Of a stretch of 64,000 nucleotides of DNA, positions 17,082-26,525 are shown piece after piece (position 1 is the first letter of the stretch; each line of letters starts with the position of its first letter). Made by a program: the position numbers and the translations under genes. The DNA is from Minisyncoccota bacterium (GTDB taxonomy: Bacteria > Patescibacteriota > Minisyncoccia > Phycocordibacterales > UBA9973). Under the pieces are notes generated by a model that was not told the DNA's origin, searched no databases, and was given only the letters and a program-made list of their open reading frames with translations. Location: contig JBAZSF010000002.1 of NCBI GenBank assembly GCA_041662525.1, positions 3,121 to 67,120 on the forward strand. Reading direction: 5' to 3'.

Positions 17082-19700
17082 TTACTTTTTCAAAACTCTT
17101 TTTAAATATTTCCCAGTATAACTTTTTGCATTATTTGCTACTTCTTCTGGTGTCCCCTTAGCAACAATATTACCTCCATTTATCCCGCCTTCCGGGCCGA
17201 TGTCTATAATATAATCAGAGCTTTTTACTATATCGAGATTGTGTTCAATCAAGACAACAGTATTACCATGAGACACTAGTTTATTTAAAACTTCTAAGAG
17301 TTTTTGCACATCATCATAATGAAGCCCCACAGTCGGTTCATCTAAAAGATAGATTGTTTTTTCTAAATGTGGACGATAAAGCTCACTACTGATTTTTACC
17401 CGTTGCGCTTCTCCGCCAGAGAGCGTCGTAGCTGATTGGCCAAGCTCTAAATAACCGAGCCCAACTTCAAAGAGAGTTTGTAACCTATCAAAAATTGCTG
17501 GAATATCTTTAAAAAATATTAATCCATTTTCTACGGTCATATTCAGCACTTCATAAATATTTTTTTTCTTATATTTTACAGTGAGTGTCTCTTTGTCAAA
17601 ACGTTTTCCATTACAAACATCACAAGTAACATAAACCGTCGGTAAAAAATGCATTTCTACAGCAATTTCCCCATTCCCTTCACATGCTTCACAACGACCA
17701 CCCTTCACGTTAAAAGAAAAACGGTTCGCTTTCCAACCTCGCAAACGTGCTTCTTCGGTTGTAGCAAAAAGATCTCGGATATGCGTAAAAGCGCCAGTAT
17801 AAGTGGCAATATTTGAACGTGGAGTCCTGCCTATGGGTGACTGATCGATCAAAATGACTCTCGACAAATATTCAGTCCCCGAAAATGAAGAGCAATTAAA
17901 AATTTTGGCTGTACGATATTTTCGTTCATAGCGAGCTTGAAGATTTTTATAAAGAATCTCATACATCAAAGAACTTTTTCCAGAACCAGAAACTCCAGTA
18001 ATAGAAGTCATAACACCTAGGGGCACTTCCACATTCAAATTATTTATATTAAAAATTTTTCCACCAGTAATACGAAGTGCTCCCTTGCCCCCTCGACGTT
18101 TTTTAGGAATTTCTATTTTTGTTTCACCGCGCAGATAACTAAGCGTTCTAGAATTATTTGTGTTCTTTTTTGCAGTTAATAAATCTTCAAGATAACCAGA
18201 AACAATAACTTCTCCACCATGGACTCCTGCTTTAGGACCAATGTCCACTATATAATCCGAAGCATAAATAGTATCTTCATCATGTTCTACTATTAAGATA
18301 GTATTTCCTAGATCTCGTAGATTTTGTAATGTTTTTATGAGTCTATCATTATCACGCTGATGAAGCCCAATGGTCGGCTCATCTAATACATAAAGTGCTC
18401 CTACGAGTCTCGATCCAAGCTGAGAAGCCAAGCGAATACGTTGTGCTTCTCCGCCAGAGAGAGTGTTTGCTTTACGAGAAAGCTGTAAATAATCCAACCC
18501 AACATCCAACATAAATTGAAGTCTGGCTTCTATCTCACGAACAACTGGCACAGATATTTCTTTTTCTTGTTCCGAAAGTTTTAAATTTTTAAAAAAATCA
18601 TAGGCATCTTTTATAGAAAGAGAAGCAAGGTCTAAAATATTTATGCCTCTAGAGGTCGGACCTCGGACTCCTTTGAGGTCCGACCTCTCTAGGAACACAT
18701 TCAAGGCTTCCGGACGAAGTCGCGCCCCATGACAAGTCTCACATGGCTCATCTCCCATAAAATATTTTGAACCAAGACCATTACAAGTAGGACAGGCGCC
18801 ATAAGGAGAATTAAAAGAAAACAATCTCGGTTCTACTTCTGGAAATGAAAAACCATCATTTTTACAAGCAAATTTTGCTGACATAATAAACTCTTCTTCG
18901 TTGATTCTTATAGTAACCAATCCGTCCGACTCAAGAAGCGCCCTCTCTAAAGCTTCAGAAAGACGCATTCTACTGCCATCTTTATTATCTACGAACTCAT
19001 GTACTGCAAAATGATCTACCAAAATATCAATATTATGAGCTTTATTTTTAGAAAGAGTAATTTGTTCGCGTAACTTTTTCATTACCCCATCGAGACGAAT
19101 CTCTGAAAAACCTTTTCCAAGTAAATCATAAAGTAATTGATAGTATTCACCTTTTCGTCCACGAACTATAGGAGAAAAAATACTTATTTCCGTTTCATCC
19201 CATTCTACACCCATAACTTTTTTATTCTTCTTTGAATTTTTACTTAATGTATTTATTTTCTCTAAAACAAAATTTAAAATTTCTTCATTGGAAAGTTTTT
19301 TTATTTCTTCTCCACATAAAGGACAATGTGGATGCCCGATGCGCGCATACATCACTCGCAAGTAATCATAAATTTCTGTAATAGTCGCCACCGTCGATCG
19401 CGGATTATTAGAACGAGATTTTTGATCAATCGAAATTGCTGGTGAAAGTCCTGTGATTTCATCCACGTCTGGCTTTGGCATTTGATTCAAAAATTGTCGA
19501 GCATAAGAAGAAAGGGACTCCACATATCGGCGTTGCCCTTCAGCGAAGATGGTATCAAAAGCCAAAGATGATTTTCCAGAACCAGAAACCCCAGTGATGG
19601 CTATCATCTTATTGCGTGGCATTTCCACTGAAATATTCTTCAGGTTATGTGTCCTAGCCCCTTTGACCCTTATTATGTCTATGTTTTTTTCTATTTTCAT
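17082..19700 (-). CDS. uvrA: Excinuclease ABC subunit A
   Basis: Two ABC modules (Walker A '[10 protein letters not shown]' x2, signatures 'LSGGEAQR' x2) with zinc-finger Cys clusters. Confidence 0.95.
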   Translation of the reverse strand: MKIEKNIDIIRVKGARTHNLKNISVEMPRNKMIAITGVSGSGKSSLAFDTIFAEGQRRYVESLSSYARQFLNQMPKPDVDEITGLSPAISIDQKSRSNNPRSTVATITEIYDYLRVMYARIGHPHCPLCGEEIKKLSNEEILNFVLEKINTLSKNSKKNKKVMGVEWDETEISIFSPIVRGRKGEYYQLLYDLLGKGFSEIRLDGVMKKLREQITLSKNKAHNIDILVDHFAVHEFVDNKDGSRMRLSEALERALLESDGLVTIRINEEEFIMSAKFACKNDGFSFPEVEPRLFSFNSPYGACPTCNGLGSKYFMGDEPCETCHGARLRPEALNVFLERSDLKGVRGPTSRGINILDLASLSIKDAYDFFKNLKLSEQEKEISVPVVREIEARLQFMLDVGLDYLQLSRKANTLSGGEAQRIRLASQLGSRLVGALYVLDEPTIGLHQRDNDRLIKTLQNLRDLGNTILIVEHDEDTIYASDYIVDIGPKAGVHGGEVIVSGYLEDLLTAKKNTNNSRTLSYLRGETKIEIPKKRRGGKGALRITGGKIFNINNLNVEVPLGVMTSITGVSGSGKSSLMYEILYKNLQARYERKYRTAKIFNCSSFSGTEYLSRVILIDQSPIGRTPRSNIATYTGAFTHIRDLFATTEEARLRGWKANRFSFNVKGGRCEACEGNGEIAVEMHFLPTVYVTCDVCNGKRFDKETLTVKYKKKNIYEVLNMTVENGLIFFKDIPAIFDRLQTLFEVGLGYLELGQSATTLSGGEAQRVKISSELYRPHLEKTIYLLDEPTVGLHYDDVQKLLEVLNKLVSHGNTVVLIEHNLDIVKSSDYIIDIGPEGGINGGNIVAKGTPEEVANNAKSYTGKYLKRVLKK

Positions 19701-19816
19701 TGATTTTATTTATATATAACACAACAACACCCCGCCTTGCTCATAGGGGGTGTGTATGACTTTCTTTACAATATTTAAGTAACCGTATTATAACATAAAA
19801 TCAAAAGAAATCAAAA

Positions 19817-20887
19817 TTATTTTTGATTTGGAGTATATTCTATTTCAAAGCCAAGCTTGGCGGCTTCTAGTTTATATTTATCTTTCAAATCATCAAGCGA
19901 TTGGGTATTTTTATAATCAGAGCTTGCTCTAGTATAATTACTAATTTTGAAACCAATTTTATTTATACCATCCATCCCCTCAACAATTTTAGTGTATTGT
20001 TTATAAATTTTACCAAATTCTACTTCAGAAAATTTTTCCAACTTTTCACCCAATACCCGGGTTTCTTGATTTTGATTTAGAACTTGTGCAATTTTTTCCT
20101 GATGAACACCATTTGCATATTTTATAAATAATTTTTTTTCTTCATCAGAAAGAGACTCAGCCATTCGAATGCTAATTTCAAAAATTTTTTCAATCATTTC
20201 TCTGTATTTGTTAAACGTATCAATATTTTTATCACTTACTCTATATTCCCAAACCCCAGTTGCGTCAAAAACTTTACCATTAGCTTGGATGTCTTTCTCT
20301 CCAAGAGGACTATAAATCTGAGCAATTCCCTGAAAATCAACAATACTGGGAGCCATTGGAGATGGTTTTAATTCACCTGACTGCATTTTTTTTATATCTT
20401 CAGAACCATACCCGACACCTGAATAAACAGCGATAGGATGGGTATGGGTAAGAGATATTTCTTTAATTTTTTTCTCGTTGCAAAATTTTTCTATTTCTTC
20501 TAAAGAAAGTTTCATATTATCTCCATTATTTTCAATATTGTTGGGTGTAAAATAAGATTCTTCGTTTTTCTTGCTTAAAAAAACTCTCTCATGTGTATCT
20601 GAAAATACATAACCTTTTATTGTTTCTGAGTTTACTTGCAGACTTTCTTTACTGTTGACCATGCTAGGTGTTTCAATAGAAATAACAGAAGCAATATTTC
20701 CCCTACTATTTTCTCCAGGCTCCTTGGCTGTACCGCTCTCGACTTGTTGACCATATGCCTCACCCAAAGAACCATAAGTCAGCAGAACACTGATCAAACT
20801 TGTTCTAAGAAATTTTTTTACAGTTTCTAGTGTACTGGAATTTTCTGGTTTTTTTATTGGTTTTATTGTAGGAAATCCTTCGTTCAT
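19817..20887 (-). CDS. Hypothetical secreted protein inserted between uvrB and uvrA
   Basis: N-terminal signal-like 'LRTSLISVLLTYGSLGEAYG'; no confident domain. Confidence 0.5.
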   Translation of the reverse strand: MNEGFPTIKPIKKPENSSTLETVKKFLRTSLISVLLTYGSLGEAYGQQVESGTAKEPGENSRGNIASVISIETPSMVNSKESLQVNSETIKGYVFSDTHERVFLSKKNEESYFTPNNIENNGDNMKLSLEEIEKFCNEKKIKEISLTHTHPIAVYSGVGYGSEDIKKMQSGELKPSPMAPSIVDFQGIAQIYSPLGEKDIQANGKVFDATGVWEYRVSDKNIDTFNKYREMIEKIFEISIRMAESLSDEEKKLFIKYANGVHQEKIAQVLNQNQETRVLGEKLEKFSEVEFGKIYKQYTKIVEGMDGINKIGFKISNYTRASSDYKNTQSLDDLKDKYKLEAAKLGFEIEYTPNQK

Positions 20888-20910
20888 TTTAATAAATATA
20901 TCATAAATTA

Positions 20911-23142
20911 CTATTTCTTTTCTATGCGGATTCTCAAAACCCCAATCTCATCTCTCAAGATCGCCGCAGTTTCAAAGTCTAATTCTTTTACTGCTTTGTT
21001 CATTTCACGCTCTTTCATTTTTATTATTTTTTCGTAAATTAAATTACCAATCTCTTCATCTGATAAATAAGACTGTCCCAAACTAGTATTCGGTATTTTT
21101 CTATTAATCTTTTTGTCTTTTTTAAATTCTTTAGCATAAGCCCTCTTAAAAACTTCTAAATCAAGTTTGAGTTCTGCGTTCACCACCTTTCCATGCTCAC
21201 TCTCCATTTCTTCGGTAATATCTTTTATCTTTTTTATAATTGTTTTCGGAGTGATGCCATGCTTTTTATTATAAGAAAGTTGAATATTTCTTCGTCGTGT
21301 TGTTTCTCCCAATGCTTTCTCCATAGCATCTGTCATAACGTCCGCATATAGAATTACTTTCCCCTCACTATTGCGAGCCGCACGTCCAATAGTTTGAATT
21401 AAAGATGTTTCGGATCGCAAAAATCCAGCTTTATCAGCATCCAAAATTCCAATCAAAGCAACTTCTGGTAGATCAAGCCCTTCGCGCAACAGATTAACTC
21501 CAACCAAAACATCAAATTCTCCCTTTCGAAACTGTGTTAAAATTTTAATTCTCTCCATTGTTTTTATATCGCTATGTAAATATTCTGCTTTAATTTTTTT
21601 ATCTTTTAAGTAATTCGAAAGATCTTCTGCCATCTTTTTCGTCAGAGTCGTCGCTAAAACACGAAAACCTTTTGCAATTGTTTTTTCTGCTTCTGATATA
21701 AAATCTTGAATTTGGCCGGGGTAGTGCTGAGGATGATGCCCAGAGGAGTATTCGCTACGAACAGAACTTTCTTGCCCTTCCAAGATAAAGTGCGAACGAC
21801 GGCGGGCATCATCCTCAGCACTACTTTCCGAAACAGGCCTAACTATTGTTTCAGGATCTACTAATCCTGTGGGACGGATGATTTGTTCTACAATTTGTTC
21901 ACTTTCCTTTCTTTCCACATCACTTGGTGTCGCGCTTGTGTAAATTACTGGACCAATGCGTTCCTGAAATTCATTGTATTTAAGCGGTCTATTGTCTTTA
22001 GCTGAAGGTAAACGAAAACCATATTCCACAAGAGTATTTTTGCGAGAAGCGTCACCAGCATACATTCCATTTAATTGAGGAAGGGTTACATGCGATTCAT
22101 CAATAATAGTTAAAAATCCTGATTTCGGAAAGTAAGACAATAATGTCTCTGGCGGTTCACCTTCTTTCTTCCCTGATAAATGCCTAGAATAATTTTCTAT
22201 ACCATTACAATATCCGACTTCTTTTATCATTGCGAGATCGTAATTCGTTCTTCTTTTTATGCGCTCCGCTTCTAAAAGTTTTCCTTCCTTTTCAAATTTC
22301 TTTAGTTGTTGGGTCAATTCTTTTTTAATTTCCACAAGCGCTTTTTTCTTCTTTACATCTTCGGTAATAAAATGCTTCGCTGGAAAAATAAAAATACCTG
22401 CCCGTCCTTTGGCGGGTTTTATTTCTTCAATTATTTGTGAAGAAATTGGATCTATCTTTGTTATCTTTTCTATCTTTGAACCGTCAAGTTCTATTTGATA
22501 TGTAATCGTTTCCGAAACTGGCATAAATTCTACCCGCGTGCCAATAGAACGAAAAGTTCCAGGATTGAGATCTGCATTAGTGCGTTCAAAATGAATTTCA
22601 ATTAATTTTTTCATTAAAGTGAGGCGATCCATTTTCATCCCAATCTCGAGTTTTAAATTAACTTTTTCGTATTCTTCCGGAGAACCTAAACCATAAATAC
22701 AAGAAACTGAAGCAACTATTATCACATCACGCCTTGTTAGGAGCGCCTGCGTGGAAGCATGACGAAGCATATCTATTTCTTTATTAATAGAAGCATCTTT
22801 TTCAATATAAGTATCCGAAGCGGGCATATAGGCTTCCGGCTGATAATAATCATAATAAGAAACAAAATAATGCACCGCGGAATCCGGAAAAAATAACCGA
22901 AACTCTTGAGCGAGTTGAGCAGCTAAAGTTTTATTATGAGCTATTACTAAGGTTGGTTTGTTGTACTGTGCGATAACATTCGCCATAGTAAAAGTCTTAC
23001 CGGTACCTGTGGCTCCGAGCAATGTTTGCTTTTTCATTCCCCTTTCTAAGCCCTGCACAAGTGCGGAAATAGCCGCTGGTTGGTCTCCTGCAGGCTGGAA
23101 AGGATTATGCAATTTAAAGATACTTCCTTGATTTTTCGACAT
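20911..23142 (-). CDS. uvrB: Excinuclease ABC subunit B, carrying an in-frame ~40-aa palindromic-repeat insertion
   Basis: Helicase motifs 'GATGTGKTFTMANVI', 'DESHVT', C-terminal UVR domain. Extra 'VSESSAEDDARRRSHFILEGQESSVRSEYSSGHHPQHYPG' sits between conserved 'VRP' and 'QIQDFI'. Confidence 0.95.
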   Translation of the reverse strand: MSKNQGSIFKLHNPFQPAGDQPAAISALVQGLERGMKKQTLLGATGTGKTFTMANVIAQYNKPTLVIAHNKTLAAQLAQEFRLFFPDSAVHYFVSYYDYYQPEAYMPASDTYIEKDASINKEIDMLRHASTQALLTRRDVIIVASVSCIYGLGSPEEYEKVNLKLEIGMKMDRLTLMKKLIEIHFERTNADLNPGTFRSIGTRVEFMPVSETITYQIELDGSKIEKITKIDPISSQIIEEIKPAKGRAGIFIFPAKHFITEDVKKKKALVEIKKELTQQLKKFEKEGKLLEAERIKRRTNYDLAMIKEVGYCNGIENYSRHLSGKKEGEPPETLLSYFPKSGFLTIIDESHVTLPQLNGMYAGDASRKNTLVEYGFRLPSAKDNRPLKYNEFQERIGPVIYTSATPSDVERKESEQIVEQIIRPTGLVDPETIVRPVSESSAEDDARRRSHFILEGQESSVRSEYSSGHHPQHYPGQIQDFISEAEKTIAKGFRVLATTLTKKMAEDLSNYLKDKKIKAEYLHSDIKTMERIKILTQFRKGEFDVLVGVNLLREGLDLPEVALIGILDADKAGFLRSETSLIQTIGRAARNSEGKVILYADVMTDAMEKALGETTRRRNIQLSYNKKHGITPKTIIKKIKDITEEMESEHGKVVNAELKLDLEVFKRAYAKEFKKDKKINRKIPNTSLGQSYLSDEEIGNLIYEKIIKMKEREMNKAVKELDFETAAILRDEIGVLRIRIEKK
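21713..21838. repeat. Palindromic element inserted in-frame in uvrB (21-bp perfect inverted repeat GGTAGTGCTGAGGATGATGCCC / GGGCATCATCCTCAGCACTAC flanking ~60 bp)
   Basis: Inverted repeats at 21720-21741 and 21804-21824 read directly; maps to the non-conserved insert in the UvrB protein. Confidence 0.6.
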
Positions 23143-23259
23143 ATTTCTTATACTATCATAAGATATTGATTTTTTAAGAAATTATGCGCCCGTAGCTGTT
23201 TTGGTAGGTCGAAAGATCATAAGTAAAATAAATGTTCTTTATTTAAAAAATAAATATAT

Positions 23260-23332
23260 GCGCCCGTAGCTCAGCTGGTAGAGCAGATCCCTTTTAAGGA
23301 TAAGGTCGTTGGTTCGATCCCAACCGGGCGCA
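23260..23332 (+). tRNA. tRNA-Lys (anticodon UUU)
   Basis: Cloverleaf folded by eye: acceptor GCGCCCG/CGGGCGC, D-arm GCTC..GAGC, anticodon stem GATCC/GGATA with loop CTTTTAA, T-arm GTTGG-TTCGATC-CCAAC, discriminator A. CCA not encoded. Confidence 0.85.
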
Positions 23333-23345
23333 CAGTGTTAAAAAA

Positions 23346-23392
23346 ACAAAACCCCGCCTAGACGAGCACAAGGGCTTTGTCTAAAACGGGGT
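23346..23392. terminator. Hairpin (aaccccgc…gcggggtt) between tRNA-Lys and a minus-strand gene
   Basis: Inverted repeat read directly. Confidence 0.4.
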
Positions 23393-23402
23393 TATAAGAT
23401 TT

Positions 23403-23937
23403 TTAAGGCTCCCGGAGGAATTTCTCTATTTCAGCCCAATCTTTTGGATTGGGATTAACCTTGGGTTCGAGGAAGTTTTTAGCTTCCCTCCAACTCAAGA
23501 TTTTTTCCTCCATGATACATTGCGGAGGTGCGGTGGTAAATTCTTCCATCGCATAACCGCACCCTTTCGCAAGATCCCCGCTAATACGAACGAGGTATAC
23601 CTTGCGCCGATCGAGAGAACTAATGTCGTCGTTTGGCTCAAAATCAACGAACCAGACGGGACCGTTGAGGGTTTTAAAAACCATGAGTCCACCCTCTAAA
23701 CTATACATTGTTCCCGGTTTTATCTTATCCCTGTAAACTGAACCAACGACACCGAAATGTCGCCAGTGGCCCAAAATAACGTCAGATACAGTAGTTTCTG
23801 GCGTCATTACTATCGCAGGCTTTTGCACGATAGCAGCTGTAGTCTTAGGAGCTGGTACTATGCGGACCTTGTAAATGAACAGGGCACAGAAAATAATTAG
23901 AAAAGTTGCTAATAAAAAAACTTGGAAGCGTTGCATG
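23403..23937 (-). CDS. Hypothetical membrane-anchored protein (start likely at internal Met 23937, not ORF-track 24134)
   Basis: 'MQRFQVFLLATFLIIFCALFIY' signal/anchor from the internal Met; the upstream 66 aa look non-coding. Confidence 0.45.
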
Positions 23938-24149
23938 ATAACTCTCCTTCTTTTTTTTAAAAAACATTTTTCACCCGCTATTGATAGGGTATATTCCGGT
24001 GTGCCGGAAACACTACAGGGAAATCCTGCACATCTATTTATATCATACATATAAACATCATATTTGTCAACCTTACCGCAATATCCCAATACTTTGGAAT
24101 CACCCCTAAACAACAACTTATTTCTAATTTGCATAGCTTATATAAAAGA

Positions 24150-24198
24150 GAAAGGACCGGTTTAGGTCGCACCTGCGTCCTTCTCCGGTCCTTGATTG
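24150..24198. terminator. 9-bp stem hairpin (aaggaccgg…ccggtcctt) between two minus-strand genes
   Basis: Read directly; T-rich tract on minus strand after the hairpin. Confidence 0.4.
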
Positions 24199-24210
24199 AT
24201 ATTTTTCTTG

Positions 24211-24525
24211 TCATAATTCTGACAATAATGCCTGGATAGCTTTGTTACTTACCTCCTCTGGTAAATAAAATATTTTTTTGTAGAAAATAGCTATTCCAGT
24301 GATAAAAGCTTCATTCTTCGCACTGTGTACAACAGGTTTTCTGTTTAAATAATTACAATAAACGGATACCTTGATTCTTGAGAAACAAAACATAATACCT
24401 TCAGCTGCCATACGAGCTTGAAATTTGCTTGAGAAATGATTTGTGAATCCTTGGGGACCTCTTGCCCCAGGATGGAAAAGAAGCAACAACCATTTTGCAC
24501 CGTCTTGCTTGATTTCAATTTTCAT
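24211..24525 (-). CDS. Hypothetical protein (104 aa)
   Basis: ORF only; no recognizable motif. Confidence 0.35.
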   Translation of the reverse strand: MKIEIKQDGAKWLLLLFHPGARGPQGFTNHFSSKFQARMAAEGIMFCFSRIKVSVYCNYLNRKPVVHSAKNEAFITGIAIFYKKIFYLPEEVSNKAIQALLSEL

Positions 24526-24536
24526 TTTTTCCTCCC

Positions 24537-25220
24537 TTATCCTTCAGATTCTGTTCCCGCTCTTAAGCGAGCAATATTTTCTAGGTGTAAGAATGTGATA
24601 AAAATTAGTGAACTGAAACCTAGAATTTCGATTTCAAATCTTCCGTCCATTTTTACCGCCAGCAAAGCAATAATTGAGCAGGCGGTTAGCGAACGAACAG
24701 AAGACATTCTACCAAACCGAGCTAGTGGCATCGAGCGAAATTTTTTCCCATAGCGAGCAATTAACATATAGGTGAGCAACGCCACGAGCGTAATTTTAGG
24801 AGCTATTACCAAAAATACTCCCAAAAATGTCGCAACCGCCTTTCCTCCTCTATATCCTAGCAATATATAGAAAGAAGGAAATGCATGACCTGCCATTGCA
24901 AGAAAGCCAGATATGGCAACTGCCCAAAGAGGAAAGTGAAAAACAAATGCTCCAGCTACTGCAATGGCTCCCTTGGTGGCATCCAGCAAAATTGTATAAA
25001 TTTTTCCTTTTGTACCAACAATTCTCCCCACATTTGTTGCCCCTGGAGAGCAACTTCCGTTACGGAACAAATAAAAAAGATCCACTTTTTCTTTGCGTTT
25101 ATGTTTGATCCACAAGACGACAACAGGTCCCCAGAGAAATGACCCAAGAGCGTAACTCACACACCACCATAAAATAAGTAACCCCGAAGAATCAGAAATC
25201 AAACGTAAGTTTTCCATCAT
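24537..25220 (-). CDS. plsY: Glycerol-3-phosphate acyltransferase PlsY (acyl-phosphate dependent)
   Basis: 'SCSPGATNVGRIVGTKGKIYTILLDATKG' (SGNPGATNV motif), 'GHAFPSFYILLGYRGGKAVATFLG', C-terminal 'HLENIARL'. Start trimmed to MMENL. Confidence 0.8.
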   Translation of the reverse strand: MMENLRLISDSSGLLILWWCVSYALGSFLWGPVVVLWIKHKRKEKVDLFYLFRNGSCSPGATNVGRIVGTKGKIYTILLDATKGAIAVAGAFVFHFPLWAVAISGFLAMAGHAFPSFYILLGYRGGKAVATFLGVFLVIAPKITLVALLTYMLIARYGKKFRSMPLARFGRMSSVRSLTACSIIALLAVKMDGRFEIEILGFSSLIFITFLHLENIARLRAGTESEG

Positions 25221-25332
25221 TACTCCTTTCTTAATGTTGTGTGCAAATTTGCACGGGTTTATATAAAAAGAACATCCTATATTATGCACAATCTAGCAAT
25301 TACAGCTTTTATGTCAATAGTGTTCTATACAA

Positions 25333-26004
25333 TTAAAAAGCTTCAAGTAAAAACTGCTCAAAGGCACTCTCAGCATCCTGGCCTTTTTTGCGAGCTTCTG
25401 GCAAAAGATAGGAAATACGAGAAGCGAAAGTTTTGAGTTGCTCGGGAGTAAATTTGCTAAAATTATTTTTTAAAAGCATGTCTTTAATTTTCCAAAAAAG
25501 AACTCCGATAATTTCCTCCATATTTACCCCCACATCCATCGCCCGCCTAAAATGAAGCCAGGTATTCAATTTATCTTTATTGGCAAAAGCATTCGCCACT
25601 AAAAAATTATCATATTTCTCCAGCTTTATTTTTGGTAATTCAAAAATATTAACCTGTGATCTTTTTGCCCCAACTTTTTTAAAAGCATCGAGTATTGGTT
25701 TATTTAGTTTTCCTTCTAAGAATATAAAAAGATTATCCGACTCACCCATTTGCTTTAATTTATCTAAAACAAAATCTCTCGTTTCTTCATATTCAAAAAT
25801 ATTTTGAAAGACTATCGCAGATAAAACTGAAAAAAGACTAGATCCAGAATAAAAACTTTCAATCTGCATAGAATTAAAATTATTTCTACTCACCTGAAAA
25901 ATATCTGTCTCAGGAATGCCAATTTGGACAGGCAAAGATTTTATGAATTTTTCATAATTTAAAATTTTATTTTTAGAGTCATCTCCAGAGAAAAGATACA
26001 ACAT
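25333..26004 (-). CDS. Possible DNA polymerase III delta subunit (HolA-like), short
   Basis: 'MLYLFSGDD' N-terminus and size/context adjacent to polA; weak. Confidence 0.35.
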   Translation of the reverse strand: MLYLFSGDDSKNKILNYEKFIKSLPVQIGIPETDIFQVSRNNFNSMQIESFYSGSSLFSVLSAIVFQNIFEYEETRDFVLDKLKQMGESDNLFIFLEGKLNKPILDAFKKVGAKRSQVNIFELPKIKLEKYDNFLVANAFANKDKLNTWLHFRRAMDVGVNMEEIIGVLFWKIKDMLLKNNFSKFTPEQLKTFASRISYLLPEARKKGQDAESAFEQFLLEAF

Positions 26005-26025
26005 AAATATTTAACAAAAAATTAA

Positions 26026-26520
26026 TCACAACTTAACAGATTTTATGTACTCTAGGTAAGGCTCTCCATATTTTAAAATTAAAATTTTTTCTTCTTTTTC
26101 TAAGAAAACAAACTTTACAATAAGAGAAGATAGGAGCGCAAAAAAGATAACAAAAAAAGAATTAGCAATGATGCCGAATCCCACTATCATAGAAAAAATT
26201 CCAAGATTGGTTGGGTTTCTAACAAAGTGATAAGGTCCTTTACTGAAAGATTCTTTATTTATATTTTCTTTGTTGAAATGACGCGAAGTATGCTGTGCCC
26301 AAAATATTAAAACACTGCCAAGAACTAAGATAACAACACCAACTCCTACTGGAGCAGAATCTGTAAAAAGATTAATATCAAATACAAAATCAAGAAAGAC
26401 AGCAAATAAAAACAAGACAAGCTGTGTAGCGTGTGAATGCGCTAAAATCTTATGTATATTTTGTTTTTGAATATCATTTTTAATATTATTCTCCATGTTC
26501 ATATACCTATTGTAACACAA
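26026..26520 (-). CDS. Membrane methyltransferase, isoprenylcysteine carboxyl methyltransferase (ICMT)/PEMT family
   Basis: Four TM helices; C-terminal 'GPYHFVRNPTNLG' resembles ICMT 'RHPxY' region. Confidence 0.5.
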   Translation of the reverse strand: MCYNRYMNMENNIKNDIQKQNIHKILAHSHATQLVLFLFAVFLDFVFDINLFTDSAPVGVGVVILVLGSVLIFWAQHTSRHFNKENINKESFSKGPYHFVRNPTNLGIFSMIVGFGIIANSFFVIFFALLSSLIVKFVFLEKEEKILILKYGEPYLEYIKSVKL

Positions 26521-26525
26521 TTATG

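Noticed and set aside
20300-20420. Possible JAMM/MPN metalloprotease motif 'THTHPIAVYSGVGYGSED' in the uvrB-uvrA intervening protein
   Set aside because: Spacing does not match HxHx7Sx2D (Ser is 6, not 8, residues after the second His), so the domain call was not made.
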